A DNA stretch of 64,000 bases, taken from Pseudothermotoga sp. Lineage in GTDB: Bacteria; Thermotogota; Thermotogae; Thermotogales; DSM-5069. The translations under genes were made by a program, and so were the position numbers. How positions within the stretch are numbered: position 1 is the stretch's first letter; every line of letters begins with the position of its first letter. Shown piece by piece: positions 50,063-60,490 of this stretch. Location of the stretch: NCBI GenBank assembly GCA_031962025.1, contig JAVRKW010000001.1, one strand, 5' to 3'. The notes under the pieces are model-generated. The model worked only from the letters and a program-made list of their open reading frames with translations. It was not told where the DNA came from and made no database searches.

Positions 50063-52051
50063 TCAGGCAATATTGGCTACATCGAGTATCAGGGCTATAC
50101 TGCCATCTCCAAGTATCGCACCGCCACTGAAAATTCTGACATCACTGAAAATTTTACCAAGAGACTTAATCACTATGTCTTCCTGACCGATCAGTGTATC
50201 AACTGCCAAACCGTATTTTCTATTCCCAACTCTGACTATAACTGTGTTGTATATGGTGTCTTCTGATTGATGTGGTAGTTCAAGTATATCCCACAATTTC
50301 ACAATAGGAATTATCTCACCTCTTATGACCGAGACCTGTTTATCTTGAATCCTTTGAATTTGATCTTTTGTTATACTCAGCGTACTGTCGATGTTCGCAA
50401 TTGGTATAGCGTAAACAAAATCGTTGACCTTCACCAAGAGTGCCTGAATTATCGCAAGTGTCAGAGGCAATCTCACTGTCACTGTCGTTCCCTTGTTTTT
50501 CACACTTTCTATACTCACAGTTCCATTCAGAGACTCAACGACATTTTTGACCACATCCAGTCCAACACCGCGTCCAGAGAGTTCTGTGGTTTCGGTTTTT
50601 GTTGAAAAACCCGGCATGAAAAGAAATTCATATATCTTCTCATCGGGTAGAGATTCAGCCTGTGCTTCGGTTATCAATCCTTTTTCGACGGCTTTTTTGA
50701 TGACCGCTGATCTGTCGATTCCACGTCCATCATCTTTGACTTCGATAACCACGTTATTGCCCTCATGTCTGGCTGAAAGTACGACAGTTCCGACAGGTGG
50801 TTTTCCCTTAGCCAGACGTTCTTCTTTTGACTCTAAACCATGATCTATTGCATTTCTGAGCATGTGCAGCAGTGGTTCACCTATATCTTCAACGAATGTT
50901 CTGTCTAATTCTGTATCTTCTCCTTCAACAATGAAATTGATCTCCTTATTCAGTTGCTTTGCCAGATCTCTGACCATTCTCGGGAATCTGTTGAACACAA
51001 ATGATATTGGCACCATTCTTATTTTCATTACAACATTTTGCAAATCTAGACTTATTCTGTTCAACTGTGAAAGGCTTTCATCGACTTCTTTTATGCTGTA
51101 TTTTCTGAGTGTATCGGCTATCCTGCTTCTTGATATTACAAGTTCTCCCATCAGGTTCATCAGGTTATCCAGTTTATCGATATCGACGCGGACAGTTTGA
51201 GTGAGTCTTATTCTTTCTTTTGTGGGTTGAGTCTTGATCTGTTGCTGTTTGGTATCAATTTGAACTGTTTCTGACTCTATCGGCTTTTCATGCGAAATGT
51301 CCTGGATAGTCACCTTCTCTATCTCAGATATAGACATCAACATGTTTCGCAAAGCTTCCTTTTCCTCCTTGATTACTATGATCAACTGTACATCTCTATC
51401 GAACTTTTCCTGCTCGATATCTTCAACAGACGGCTTAGAACTGAGAATCTGTCCTCCATGATCTTCAATGGCTTTGAAAACCATGTACATTCTAACTGCC
51501 TTGAATTGCGTACCCTCAGCCAGCGTGATGGTCAATTGGTAAGCGTTGTATCCTTCCTTTGCTGCCTGAGCGATGACTTTTTCAACTGATTCAGAGATAT
51601 CTTTAGAAACCTGAGCCTGGGTCGATTGCTCAGCAGGAACTTCTTTTGTTTCTGTCTCTGTTTCTGTTCCTGACGAGAGTACTTCAAAGCTCTGTGCAAA
51701 TTCAGCAACATCGAGTTCTTGTAACTGATCTGTCCCGTTTTTTGATATGGAATTTATCATCTTTTCAAGCACATCCACACCAACAAAAAGTCGATCCAGC
51801 ATCTTTGAATCGAGTATGACCTTTTTACTCCTTATTCTGTCAAGTAATTGTTCCATCTTGTGGCAGAGTTTTGACATCGTTTCAAAACCCATTGTACCTG
51901 ACATACCCTTCAATGTGTGAAGCGCTCTGAATGTCTCATTTATTGCTTCTGAATCCTGATAATTTTTTTCGAGTTTCAGTAGAGAGTCATTGAGTGTCTG
52001 AATGTATTCTTTACTTTCGTCGATAAAAACACCAAGATATTGTTCGTTCAT
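50063..52051 (-). CDS. cheA: Chemotaxis histidine kinase CheA
   Basis: HTLKG Hpt, P2, [22 protein letters not shown] and a CheW-like P5 domain. Confidence 0.98.
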   Translation of the reverse strand: MNEQYLGVFIDESKEYIQTLNDSLLKLEKNYQDSEAINETFRALHTLKGMSGTMGFETMSKLCHKMEQLLDRIRSKKVILDSKMLDRLFVGVDVLEKMINSISKNGTDQLQELDVAEFAQSFEVLSSGTETETETKEVPAEQSTQAQVSKDISESVEKVIAQAAKEGYNAYQLTITLAEGTQFKAVRMYMVFKAIEDHGGQILSSKPSVEDIEQEKFDRDVQLIIVIKEEKEALRNMLMSISEIEKVTIQDISHEKPIESETVQIDTKQQQIKTQPTKERIRLTQTVRVDIDKLDNLMNLMGELVISRSRIADTLRKYSIKEVDESLSQLNRISLDLQNVVMKIRMVPISFVFNRFPRMVRDLAKQLNKEINFIVEGEDTELDRTFVEDIGEPLLHMLRNAIDHGLESKEERLAKGKPPVGTVVLSARHEGNNVVIEVKDDGRGIDRSAVIKKAVEKGLITEAQAESLPDEKIYEFLFMPGFSTKTETTELSGRGVGLDVVKNVVESLNGTVSIESVKNKGTTVTVRLPLTLAIIQALLVKVNDFVYAIPIANIDSTLSITKDQIQRIQDKQVSVIRGEIIPIVKLWDILELPHQSEDTIYNTVIVRVGNRKYGLAVDTLIGQEDIVIKSLGKIFSDVRIFSGGAILGDGSIALILDVANIA

Positions 52052-52089
52052 GGTGATTCCTCCCATCGATCGCTGTGAAGATAATTATA

Positions 52090-53301
52090 TCATGAAATAC
52101 ACTTTAAGATTAAGTACAAACTGTATGCGCAAACTCGCGTTCTGAAGATATTTCTTTCATGTGGATAAAACAGCCTGGTCACCTGCTCTAAGCCATCTGC
52201 AACTACGCAGAGAAAAGCAGTACCCACGGGTTTCTCATCACTTCCCCCGGTCGGTCCTGCTATACCAGAAACCGCGATTGCTAAATCGCTACCTGTAAGT
52301 TCCTTCACCACGTGTGCCATCTGTACAACACATTTTTCACTGACCGCTCCATACTGTGTTAGGATTTCGTCGCTGACCTTTAACAGCTTTTTTTTGACCG
52401 AGTTGTCGTATGCGACGATACCACCAAGAAAAACTTCAGATGCCCCCGGCACGTTTACTATTCTGGAACTTATCATACCACCTGTGCAGGATTCAGCAAT
52501 CGACAGTGTTTTGTTCTTTTCTCTCAAAGCTTTCACCACAGCTTGTTCAAGTGTGATGTTGCCAAAACCTATGAAGTAATCTTTTGCTGCATCAATTAAT
52601 CTTTGCGCAAGATCATTTACTTTTTCCTGGTTTTGTTTTGTAGAAATGAACCTCACTCTTATTCCATCATCATAGGAAGCCTGAGTGGCAATTTTTATTG
52701 CAGGATCTGGTGAGAGTTTCAAAATCATTTCATCAAGGGTTGATTCTGCAATTGAAAAGAACAGCATTGACAGAGTGATTGTTTGTTGTTCGAATTTCAG
52801 CTCATCAAGTACGCTTTCAAACATGGGTTTCAATTCCTGCGGTGGACCTGGCAAAAGGATCAAAATCTTTCCATCGTGATTTATCAACTGACCAGGTGCA
52901 CTGCCCACGTTGTTTGGAAGTATTGTGGCACCTTCGATCACCATTGCCTGTCTGTCGTTATTCATGGCGACGTATTTGTGGTACCGCGAGAGTTTCGTTC
53001 TGATAGAATCTTTAAGTGTTTCGTTTAGTACGAGCCGCCGTTCCAGAACAGTTGCAACAGCCTCGCGAGTCTTATCATCTTCAGTGGGTCCAAGACCACC
53101 ACTGAGAACGATTACGTCCGAATCTTTCATTGCCTGATCAACTGCCTGGACAATATCTTTCAAATCATCATCTACCGCGACAATTCTTTTGACTTTAACA
53201 CCTGACTCTGTCAATCTTTCAGATATGTATTTTGCATTTGTGTTTAGTATGATGCCTTCGACTATTTCACTACCGATTGTTATGATACTGGCAAGTTTCA
53301 T
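52090..53301 (-). CDS. cinA: CinA-family protein (MoCF domain fused to NMN deamidase PncC)
   Basis: GGLGPTEDDKT, LPGPP, AESCTGG and SGIAGP.GG. Confidence 0.93.
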   Translation of the reverse strand: MKLASIITIGSEIVEGIILNTNAKYISERLTESGVKVKRIVAVDDDLKDIVQAVDQAMKDSDVIVLSGGLGPTEDDKTREAVATVLERRLVLNETLKDSIRTKLSRYHKYVAMNNDRQAMVIEGATILPNNVGSAPGQLINHDGKILILLPGPPQELKPMFESVLDELKFEQQTITLSMLFFSIAESTLDEMILKLSPDPAIKIATQASYDDGIRVRFISTKQNQEKVNDLAQRLIDAAKDYFIGFGNITLEQAVVKALREKNKTLSIAESCTGGMISSRIVNVPGASEVFLGGIVAYDNSVKKKLLKVSDEILTQYGAVSEKCVVQMAHVVKELTGSDLAIAVSGIAGPTGGSDEKPVGTAFLCVVADGLEQVTRLFYPHERNIFRTRVCAYSLYLILKCIS

Positions 53302-53381
53302 CGCATGGCCTCCTGACAAAAATTATACAAAAAGAGCAGTCTTTTCAGACTGCTCCAATTACTTTTCACAAATCTTGCAGA

Positions 53382-54017
53382 CTATAGCATGTTGGCGATC
53401 TCTTCTCTTGCTTCTTTAACCAGCTGAACGAACTTTTTGGCTTTTTCAACAATCTGGTCTCTGGTACCCTTTGTTAACCCGCCACCGATTCCAACTGCTA
53501 CAGCTCCAGCTTTGATCCACTCTTTGACATTTTCAAGCTCAACACCACCAGTTGGTATGATCTTAGCCTGCGAAAGCGGTCCGTGAATTGCCTTTATGTA
53601 GGACGGTCCAACCGCTGAAGCGGGGAAAAGTTTAATGAGTGGAACTCCCAGCTCAAGAGCTCTGACGATCTCAGTTGGCGTCAGAACCCCGGGTATGTAC
53701 GGTATTCTGTGTTTGTTGCACAACAGAGCTGTTTCTTCGGATAGATTTGGAGCTACTATGTACTTTGCACCGGCTTCGATGGCTATTTTCGCTGTATATG
53801 GGTCCAGTACCGTCCCGGCTCCAAGTAAGATCTGGTCTTTCATCTCTCTGTCTATTTGCTGGATCACTTCCACCGCGTGTGGTACGCTGAAAGTTACCTC
53901 AATTGCAACGATCCCACCTTCTTTGCAGGCTCTGCAGATTTCCACAGCTTTTGAGGGAGAATCCACCCTGATCACAGCTACAATACCATTTTCAATGATT
54001 TCCTCAACAACTTTCAT
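53382..54017 (-). CDS. eda: KDPG/KHG aldolase
   Basis: IEVT, GAGTVL, KLFPA and PTGGV. Confidence 0.93.
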   Translation of the reverse strand: MKVVEEIIENGIVAVIRVDSPSKAVEICRACKEGGIVAIEVTFSVPHAVEVIQQIDREMKDQILLGAGTVLDPYTAKIAIEAGAKYIVAPNLSEETALLCNKHRIPYIPGVLTPTEIVRALELGVPLIKLFPASAVGPSYIKAIHGPLSQAKIIPTGGVELENVKEWIKAGAVAVGIGGGLTKGTRDQIVEKAKKFVQLVKEAREEIANML

Positions 54018-54043
54018 TTTTCCCCTCCTTTCTTAACAAATTC

Positions 54044-54072
54044 ATTATACCTCGCTATTTAATATTGAGCAA
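54044..54072 (-). promoter_or_regulatory. Sigma70-type promoter of eda
   Basis: Minus strand TTGCTC-N17-TATAAT. Confidence 0.7.
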
Positions 54073-54172
54073 ATACATTTCCTATAGAGAAAAATAAACG
54101 ATCAATCACTGGTTAACATTATGGGCAGAGCATCTGTTAACAAATTGTACATTCGCCGTTCTTTGTTTTTCG

Positions 54173-54201
54173 TTGCGAGTTTGAACGTTGTATTCTATAA
54201 T
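54173..54201 (+). promoter_or_regulatory. Sigma70-type promoter of the murD operon
   Basis: TTGCGA-N17-TATAAT. Confidence 0.75.
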
Positions 54202-54224
54202 CAGTTTTGCGGGAGGAAAATCCA

Positions 54225-55514
54225 TTGCGATACGCCTTGGTTGGTTATGGTGTTGGAAACAGGGCATTGTGTAGTAAGCTGGTGAAGATGGGACATGAAG
54301 TTTTTGTAAGTGAAATAAAGATTTTGAGTGAGGATGAAAGATCACAGCTGATCGGCATGAACGTTCAGTTTGAAGAAGGAAAGAATACAGAAAAGATATG
54401 TCAGGCTGATGTGGTTGTAGTTAGCCCGTCGGTGAAATATGATCATCCGATTATCTCAAATTGTTCTGAAAAAGTCGTGACAGATATCGATGTGATTCTC
54501 AACATCAAAAAACCGCGTGTTGTCATTGCTGTTACTGGTTCAAATGGCAAGACAACAACTTGCAATATGATCTTCCATGTTTTGAACTCTACCGGTAAGA
54601 GTTGTTATATGTGCGGCAATGTTGGAGAACCCGTCGCTAATCTGCTCGACATCGATCCAGAGTATGTTGTACTGGAGATCAGTAGTTTTCAACTTTACTG
54701 GTCTAAAAGACTTCCCATAGATATTGGTGTTTTATTGAACATACAGCCAAATCATTTGGACTGGCATCCAACATTTCAGCACTACATCCAGTCAAAACTG
54801 AAGATCTTTGATTTTGCCAATCTCAAGATATTCAATGGTTCAGACAAAACGATTAAAGACAGCGTGAAGGTAGATTCGACTTACCATGCCTTTGAGCCCC
54901 TGGTTGTTGATAAATCTTCAATGCAAATCATTTACAATCAAAACAAATATCATGTGAGCAACCAGCTTCTTTTGACCCGTCAGAATCTTGAAAATTTATC
55001 GGCTGTTCTGAAGATCTTTTCGCTACTCGATTATGAACCTGGCGATGTCTTAAAGGCGCTTGAAAGTTTCAGACTCCCAAGGCACAGGATGGAACTGGTG
55101 GCGAAGATCAGAGGCGTCAGTTTCATAGATGATTCAAAGGCAACAAGTGCCGCCGCGACGATCTCGGCTCTTGAGAATTTCACAGAAAAGAACGTCATTT
55201 TGATCCTCTCTGGAAAAAGCAAAAACGAAGATTACACACCTTTAGTTGAACAAATGAAGAGCAAGGTGAGACATGTCTATGTTTTTGGAGAGCTTGCATC
55301 ATTGATCAAAGATATATTGCATAAAGAGGGTTTTCCTTTCACCGTTGTTGAAAACATGAAGCAAGCTGTCTATAGTGCTTTTGAGATGGCTAATGAAGGT
55401 GATGTTGTTCTTTTGAGTCCAGCCGGATCGAGTTTCGATATGTACAGAAATTACTCTGAACGCGGTGATGATTTTGTCCGTGTGGTAAAATCATTGATGG
55501 GGGATGAAGGATAG
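54225..55514 (+). CDS. murD: UDP-N-acetylmuramoyl-L-alanine--D-glutamate ligase
   Basis: TGSNGKTTT, EISSFQL, NHLDWH, DDSKAT and LLSPA.SSFD; TTG 54225 after GGGAGG. Confidence 0.95.
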   Translation: MRYALVGYGVGNRALCSKLVKMGHEVFVSEIKILSEDERSQLIGMNVQFEEGKNTEKICQADVVVVSPSVKYDHPIISNCSEKVVTDIDVILNIKKPRVVIAVTGSNGKTTTCNMIFHVLNSTGKSCYMCGNVGEPVANLLDIDPEYVVLEISSFQLYWSKRLPIDIGVLLNIQPNHLDWHPTFQHYIQSKLKIFDFANLKIFNGSDKTIKDSVKVDSTYHAFEPLVVDKSSMQIIYNQNKYHVSNQLLLTRQNLENLSAVLKIFSLLDYEPGDVLKALESFRLPRHRMELVAKIRGVSFIDDSKATSAAATISALENFTEKNVILILSGKSKNEDYTPLVEQMKSKVRHVYVFGELASLIKDILHKEGFPFTVVENMKQAVYSAFEMANEGDVVLLSPAGSSFDMYRNYSERGDDFVRVVKSLMGDEG

Positions 55515-56594
55515 TTGTCAAATGCTGTGCCAGTTCTTCTTATAGTGTCGATTTTGATATCCATCGGTCTCATATTGATTGCAAGCTTTGATATAGCTTC
55601 ACAGATGAATGTCTTTGGTAATGTTTCCAGAAATCTGCTGTATTCCCATGTCATTAAATTGATAATTGGCGTATTTTTGATGGCACTGACAATGGTGATA
55701 GATTATAAATTTCACATAAAGCTTTCTCAATTCTACTATTTTCTGACAGTAGGTCTTTTGCTAATGCCTTTTTTCCTGCCAGAGGTGAATGGATCAAATA
55801 GATGGATTCAGTTCGCTGGTTTTACCTTTCAGCCATCCGAATTTGCCAAAATCACCCTGATAATATCTGTATCTGTTTACATTTCACACAATAAAGACCA
55901 CATGAAAGAATTCTACAGGGGATTTTTAAAACCCGTTCTTTTGAGTTTACCTCTTCTTGCTCTGGTTTTGGCTGAACCAGATTTGAGTACATCGCTTGTA
56001 ATGTTATTTTTGGTGCTTTTGATGCTTTATTCACACGGAACACGTGGTGTTTATATTTTTATGACAGTGTGTATGCTCCTTATCGTGTTTTACCTTGCTC
56101 TGAAAACGGGCTTTTTTTTGAAAGATTATCAGCTCTGGAGATTGAGGACATTTCTTGAGGGCAATTATTCTGAACAGGTTTCTAAAGCCATACAGGCACT
56201 TAGAGAAGGCGGTCTGGCAGGTAAGGGTATTGGTCTAGGTGAGGTAAAACTCTCAGTTCCGGCTATTGTGTCCGATTTTATCTTGGCAGCGGCAGGTGAA
56301 GAATTTGGTATGATTGGCATAATTGCGATAACCGCTTTGTTTTTTGTGCTTGTTTCGATTTTACTGAAGCTCGCTGAAAGGTTGCAGGATGCATTTGCTA
56401 CGTCCTATATCAGCGGATTTTCATTTTTGATCATCCTTCAGGTACTGGTCAACCTCGGGGTTGTGACTGGGAGTTTACCAGTGACCGGTGTGACATTGCC
56501 ATTTCTCAGCTATGGAGGTAGCTCGATCATCACGATGTTAGGTGGTCTTGGTGTAATAATAAACATCGTAACTCGTGGAAGTGATGAAAATTGA
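55515..56594 (+). CDS. ftsW: SEDS-family peptidoglycan glycosyltransferase FtsW
   Basis: NGSNRWI, QPSEFAK, EPDL, GEEFG and PVTGVTLPFLSYGGSS; lies between murD and murG. Confidence 0.92.
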   Translation: MSNAVPVLLIVSILISIGLILIASFDIASQMNVFGNVSRNLLYSHVIKLIIGVFLMALTMVIDYKFHIKLSQFYYFLTVGLLLMPFFLPEVNGSNRWIQFAGFTFQPSEFAKITLIISVSVYISHNKDHMKEFYRGFLKPVLLSLPLLALVLAEPDLSTSLVMLFLVLLMLYSHGTRGVYIFMTVCMLLIVFYLALKTGFFLKDYQLWRLRTFLEGNYSEQVSKAIQALREGGLAGKGIGLGEVKLSVPAIVSDFILAAAGEEFGMIGIIAITALFFVLVSILLKLAERLQDAFATSYISGFSFLIILQVLVNLGVVTGSLPVTGVTLPFLSYGGSSIITMLGGLGVIINIVTRGSDEN

Positions 56595-57610
56595 AAGTAG
56601 CAGCGGCAGGAGGAGGAACAGGTGGTCACTTGTATCCAGCACTTGCCGTTCTTGAAAGTCTTGCAAAAGTAGAAAAAATCGATGTGACCTACTTCTGTTT
56701 GAGAAGGGGACTTGAGAGCAGAATCATTCCACAGGAACATCCAGAATACAGAACGGTGACTGTTGATCTGATGGGTTTAAAAAGGCCGGTGTTTCATCCG
56801 GTGAATTTCACAAGACTATTGAAAATATTTCAAAATGAGAGTATTATAGCTTTGGAAATAGAAGGTTGTGATTTTGGTTTTGTGACAGGAGGGTATGTTT
56901 CATACCCAGTGGCAAGGGCATGTGCCAGGAAAAAAATACCTGTTTTTGTTCAGGAACAGAATGTAATACCAGGACTTGCAAATAAATTTTTGAGCTTGAA
57001 AGCAGACAGGATTTTCGTTGCATTTGAAGAAAGTATAGAGCACTTTCCAAGGTCTGTTCGCAAAAAGATCGTGGTTAGCGGGAACCCAATAAGAGTGAGA
57101 GAATGCGCTGAAAAAAAGTTTGGTGAAGACTACGTACTGGTGCTTGGTGGCAGTAGGGGAAGTGAATTCATAAACAGCCTGATGGAGCAAATTTACAAAG
57201 TAGAAAAACAGATGAAGTTTGTTCACAGTACAGGAGACAGCAACTGGACTCGCAGACTCAGTGCTTATCCAAATGTTCAGGCTTTCGATTACATACACGA
57301 CATGGCTTGTGCGTGGAAAGGAGCAAAGGCTGTTGTGAGCAGAGCTGGTGCCATTGCCGTAAGTGAGATGCTCTATTATGGTGTTCCGGGTTTGTTGATA
57401 CCGTGGGAGGGCTCGGCGGGAAACCATCAGCTTTTCAATGCCATACATGTTGAGAAACTCGGCAGGGGAATAGTGGCAAGAGAAAAAGATCTCACGCCTG
57501 AACTTTTGAAGGAAAAACTTTCTTGTGTTATTTCACTTGGAAAGAAAGTAGATCAAAAAGAAAATCCGGCAGAGCTGATTGCTAAAATTATTCTGGAGGA
57601 ATTGAAATGA
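56591..57610 (+). CDS. murG: Lipid I GlcNAc transferase MurG
   Basis: GGGTGGH, EQN..PG.AN, GNPIR, GGSRG and RAGA. Confidence 0.96.
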   Translation: MKVAAAGGGTGGHLYPALAVLESLAKVEKIDVTYFCLRRGLESRIIPQEHPEYRTVTVDLMGLKRPVFHPVNFTRLLKIFQNESIIALEIEGCDFGFVTGGYVSYPVARACARKKIPVFVQEQNVIPGLANKFLSLKADRIFVAFEESIEHFPRSVRKKIVVSGNPIRVRECAEKKFGEDYVLVLGGSRGSEFINSLMEQIYKVEKQMKFVHSTGDSNWTRRLSAYPNVQAFDYIHDMACAWKGAKAVVSRAGAIAVSEMLYYGVPGLLIPWEGSAGNHQLFNAIHVEKLGRGIVAREKDLTPELLKEKLSCVISLGKKVDQKENPAELIAKIILEELK

Positions 57611-58944
57611 GAATCCATTTTGTTGGAATTGGTGGCATTGGTATGAGTTCCTTGGCATTGCACTGTAAAATCAACGGAGACGATGTATACGGTTCCGATA
57701 TATGCGACAACGAGCAAACGGAGATTTTAAGAAAGGTTGGAATAAGGGTCTTTGTAGGGCATGATTACAACAACTGGCTAAACCCGGACCTTGTGGTTCA
57801 CACACCTGCAGTTCATTTTGATAATCCCGAAATAATCCGGGCAAAAAAAGAAGGCGTCAAAGTCGTCAGTAGGTCGGAATTTTTAAGGCAGATCCTCGAC
57901 GGAGCAACGCAGTTCGCCGTAACCGGTTCAGATGGTAAAACCACCACGACTGCCATGGTCGCACACTGTCTTAAAACTTTTGGTGAGGACCCGACAGTTT
58001 TCCTTGGTGGTGTGCACAGATCCTTGGAGTTTGGTAACTATCGTTCAGGAAAAGGTCCTGTCGTATATGAACTGGATGAAAGTCAACCAGAATTTGCGAG
58101 TTTTTGCCCCGATTATTTGATCATTACAAATGCGCGTGGAGACCATCTTGAGAATTACAATAACGATGAGAACTTTTACAGATCATGCTTTGAAGAACTC
58201 GCAAATAAGACAAGAAAAGTAGTTGTAACTTTCATAGATGACAAAAATACATCCCATCTTGGCACCTATACCTTTGGAAGATCTTCTGGTACGTGCAGAT
58301 TGTTGAATAGAGTTGTGAAAGATCTCTATCAGACGGCTACAATCGAGCTCGATGGAAAACAGTATCAGATGATCTTGAGATTACCAGGTGAACACAATGT
58401 TTTGAATGCAATGGCTGTGGTAACACTCTTCTGGGCGGCAGGATATGACCCGAATATGGTACTGGAAGCCTTAAAAGGATTTGTCGGTACTCGCAGGCGT
58501 TTTGATATAACAATTTTGGATGAAAGACAGAAAACTTATGTTGTTGATGATTACGCCCATACACCAGACGAAATAAGATCACTCATTAATGCGGCTCAAG
58601 AGATTTTCCCAGAACAGAGAAAGGTTGTCATTTTCCAGCCTCACAGATATAGTAGGTTACTGAGAGAAGATGGTAATTTTGCCAGAGCCCTAAAGGATGC
58701 CGATGAAATTTACGTTACAGAGGTCTACAGTGCTTTTGAAAAAGCCATTCCACAGCTCTCGGCTAAGGTGATAGTTGAAGGCTTGGAAAGTTACGGTAAA
58801 AAAGCACAGTACTTCCCAAGGCTTGAAGATCTGTTGAACGCTTTCCAGCCTCAGAAAAATACAGTGTATTTCTTTGTTGGAGCTGGTGATATTATAAAAG
58901 TCTCTCAGAAGTTTGTTGAAAACTATAAAAAAGCTGACCATTAG
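57607..58944 (+). CDS. murC: UDP-N-acetylmuramate--L-alanine ligase
   Basis: GIGGIGMS, GKTTTT, DDYAH and FQPHRYSR. Confidence 0.96.
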   Translation: MRIHFVGIGGIGMSSLALHCKINGDDVYGSDICDNEQTEILRKVGIRVFVGHDYNNWLNPDLVVHTPAVHFDNPEIIRAKKEGVKVVSRSEFLRQILDGATQFAVTGSDGKTTTTAMVAHCLKTFGEDPTVFLGGVHRSLEFGNYRSGKGPVVYELDESQPEFASFCPDYLIITNARGDHLENYNNDENFYRSCFEELANKTRKVVVTFIDDKNTSHLGTYTFGRSSGTCRLLNRVVKDLYQTATIELDGKQYQMILRLPGEHNVLNAMAVVTLFWAAGYDPNMVLEALKGFVGTRRRFDITILDERQKTYVVDDYAHTPDEIRSLINAAQEIFPEQRKVVIFQPHRYSRLLREDGNFARALKDADEIYVTEVYSAFEKAIPQLSAKVIVEGLESYGKKAQYFPRLEDLLNAFQPQKNTVYFFVGAGDIIKVSQKFVENYKKADH

Positions 58945-58956
58945 GTCAGCTTTTTT
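58927..58956. terminator. Bidirectional intrinsic terminator between convergent murC and oppC
   Basis: AAAAAA-GCTGACC-ATTA-GGTCAGC-TTTTTT. Confidence 0.88.
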
Positions 58957-60475
58957 ATCCAAGTGATCTTGGGTCTAAAGCGTCTCTCAGTGCATCTCCC
59001 ACAAAGTTAAAGGATATCACCGTTATGAATATGAATATTCCAGGTATCAGAAGCCAGGGAGCTTTTGTCATGATGTAGACATCCTGAGCCTGTGCAAGCA
59101 TCAGTCCCCATGATGCATAGGGTTCTCTTATACCAAGCCCAAGAAAACTCAGTCCAGCTTCTCCAAGGATATAACCAGGTATTCTCAAAGTTGCATTCAC
59201 GATCAAATAAGTTGCCGTATTTGGAAGAACATGTCTTGCCAGAACTTTACTGTTTGGCAGACCTATGGCTATAGCGGCTTCAACGAATTCTCTTTGTCTT
59301 ATTGAGAGAACCATACCTCTGATAACACGGGAAGTGCCAGCCCAGCCTATGAAAGACAGGATGAATACCAGAAGTATGTATATCTGGGTTGATGGTAAAT
59401 CCAGTGGAAGCATGGCACGAAGCATGATCATCAGATAGAATCCGGGTATGGACATGATTATTTCAGCAAATCTCATCAATCCTTCGTCGATTAATCCACC
59501 ATAATATCCAGAGATGCCACCAAATAACAGTGCAAAGGCAAATGTGATGATCATCCCGATGATTCCAATGGACAGAGAAATCCTCGATGCAAAAACTATT
59601 CTGGACCACACATCTCTACCATACAGGTCTGATCCCATAATAAAGAGCTTGACATACTGGTTGTTATCGTAGTTGTCCACACCAAACAGATGAACATTCA
59701 TCGGAAAGATCCAAAGTAATTTTCCAGTCCAGCTTTTCACGAACCACTTAACCGGGTAAGTTTTATAATCATAATCAATGACTTTTGCTTTGATCATTTC
59801 AAATTTTCCATCCTTTTTCACAACTATTGTATCGAGTGTTTCGCTGACAGCTACAGCTTCTATTTGATATTCACTTGTAAGACCGTATTTTGATGAATAG
59901 CTCTTGAAGTACATTTCCTGAGCCACAGCAGAGGTGGTCTCCACTCTACTCGATCCTTTTGAAAGTGTTTCCTCGTTATACCCGAAAAGGAAATAATCTG
60001 TTGTCCTTGGGGATTTTTTGACATCATACCATTGACCGTCTATCTTTATACTTTCCACAGAATTGACAGAAAATTTAAAGCTCTCCACGCCATCTTTGCC
60101 AAGTTCGTAGGTAACAACAGAACCATCTGGTTTTTCCAGCACGAGCCTATTTGGGAAAAGCATCTCTTTGTATGTTCTTTCGTATGTTACCTTATCGACG
60201 TACGATATCATCGGCAGAATATATGGTCCGGTTTTGGTGTTTTTGTATGTTCTGTGTATTTTTGTTGGAGGAGCATAGGTGTGTTTCAGTGATTGCTCAA
60301 TGGGGTTATACGGTGAAAAAAAATCTGCAAAAATAGCCAGGATGTAAAGCGCAATTAAAATACATAGCGCGATTACACCTGGTCTGTGCTTCAAAAATGC
60401 TCTCCAGATCAACTGACCTCTTGTTAAATACTTCTCTTCGAACTCTATCTTTTGATTGTTCTTTGCTTCGGCCAT
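58955..60475 (-). CDS. Opp/Dpp-family ABC permease (OppC-like) with large extracytoplasmic insertion
   Basis: G.D.YGRDVWSR, EAA loop (FVEAA...G) and N..GDALRDALDPR. Confidence 0.92.
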   Translation of the reverse strand: MAEAKNNQKIEFEEKYLTRGQLIWRAFLKHRPGVIALCILIALYILAIFADFFSPYNPIEQSLKHTYAPPTKIHRTYKNTKTGPYILPMISYVDKVTYERTYKEMLFPNRLVLEKPDGSVVTYELGKDGVESFKFSVNSVESIKIDGQWYDVKKSPRTTDYFLFGYNEETLSKGSSRVETTSAVAQEMYFKSYSSKYGLTSEYQIEAVAVSETLDTIVVKKDGKFEMIKAKVIDYDYKTYPVKWFVKSWTGKLLWIFPMNVHLFGVDNYDNNQYVKLFIMGSDLYGRDVWSRIVFASRISLSIGIIGMIITFAFALLFGGISGYYGGLIDEGLMRFAEIIMSIPGFYLMIMLRAMLPLDLPSTQIYILLVFILSFIGWAGTSRVIRGMVLSIRQREFVEAAIAIGLPNSKVLARHVLPNTATYLIVNATLRIPGYILGEAGLSFLGLGIREPYASWGLMLAQAQDVYIMTKAPWLLIPGIFIFITVISFNFVGDALRDALDPRSLG

Positions 60476-60490
60476 CTCAAAGACCTCCTG

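Noticed and set aside
51640..51670. Short ETETET-coding repeat in cheA
   Set aside because: Low-complexity P1-P2 linker, ordinary for CheA.
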